DNA of 62,807 bases, counting the filler, from Dimargaris cristalligena (taxonomy: Eukaryota): the NCBI GenBank assembly GCA_003614675.1. It is 18 parts of 18 records of this genome, joined end to end, with 100 filler letters (N's around TTAATTAATTAA, not from the genome) between each part and the next. Parts side by side here need not be neighbours in the genome. Positions count along the whole stretch, not along the records: positions 59,426 to 62,807 come from ML003964.1; 17 more parts are not named here. One strand, given 5' to 3'. The position numbers and the translations under genes are program-made. This document shows positions 62,687 through 62,807 of the stretch, piece after piece (within the stretch, counting starts at the first letter, position 1; every line of letters starts with the position of its first letter). The notes beneath the pieces are model-generated. The model made no database searches and was not told where the DNA came from. It worked only from the letters and a program-made list of their open reading frames with translations.

Positions 62687-62807
62687 ATATGGGAGAAGTT
62701 CATTCAGGCTGTATAATGAAAAATCCATTGGGTGAGGTCAATATTACTAGTTAAAAGCTATTCCCATATACATTTGCCAATGCATGTATTATGTAAAACC
62801 TTATACA
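62687..62807 (+). mobile_element. MITE copy, cut by window end
   Basis: The first ~40 nt are identical to the 56359 copy, and the rest is collinear. Confidence 0.85.

Noticed and set aside
1..62807. Treating the chitinase, KEP, secreted families and TEs as one gene cluster
   Set aside because: They lie on separate contigs ordered by size; no linkage can be inferred.
1..62807. tRNA, rRNA or CRISPR loci
   Set aside because: None recognised by eye; tRNAscan-SE or Infernal would be needed to exclude small RNAs.

Overview
This window is not one locus. It is 18 unrelated contigs of about 3.4 kb, sorted by decreasing size and joined by identical 100-bp spacers (44 N + TTAATTAATTAA + 44 N), so adjacency across spacers carries no information. 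The DNA is eukaryotic and fungal (GT-AG introns, Rom2-type RhoGEF, Sec9, AFG1, GH18 chitinase, chromoviral LTR elements). By inference it comes from an early-diverging, probably mycoparasitic fungus such as a Dimargaris-like Zoopagomycota; the sequence alone cannot confirm this. Housekeeping genes, most cut by contig ends: Sec9, Rom2/Rgf, AFG1, an M49/DPP III-like peptidase and an F-box/LRR gene. There are many orphan secreted-protein genes, including two multi-copy families. Repeats include Ty3/gypsy elements, solo LTRs, a ~145-bp MITE and an unclassified repeat, and several pseudogenes carry C>T/G>A-type stops. Highlights: (1) a signal-peptide + F-box candidate effector with two relatives in the window, one with a different first exon; (2) a Kex2-processed repeat peptide precursor, plus a second LVRR-SKK cationic secreted protein; (3) a Ty3 element with an exact 11-nt Tf1-type self-priming PBS and a canonical -1 frameshift signal.
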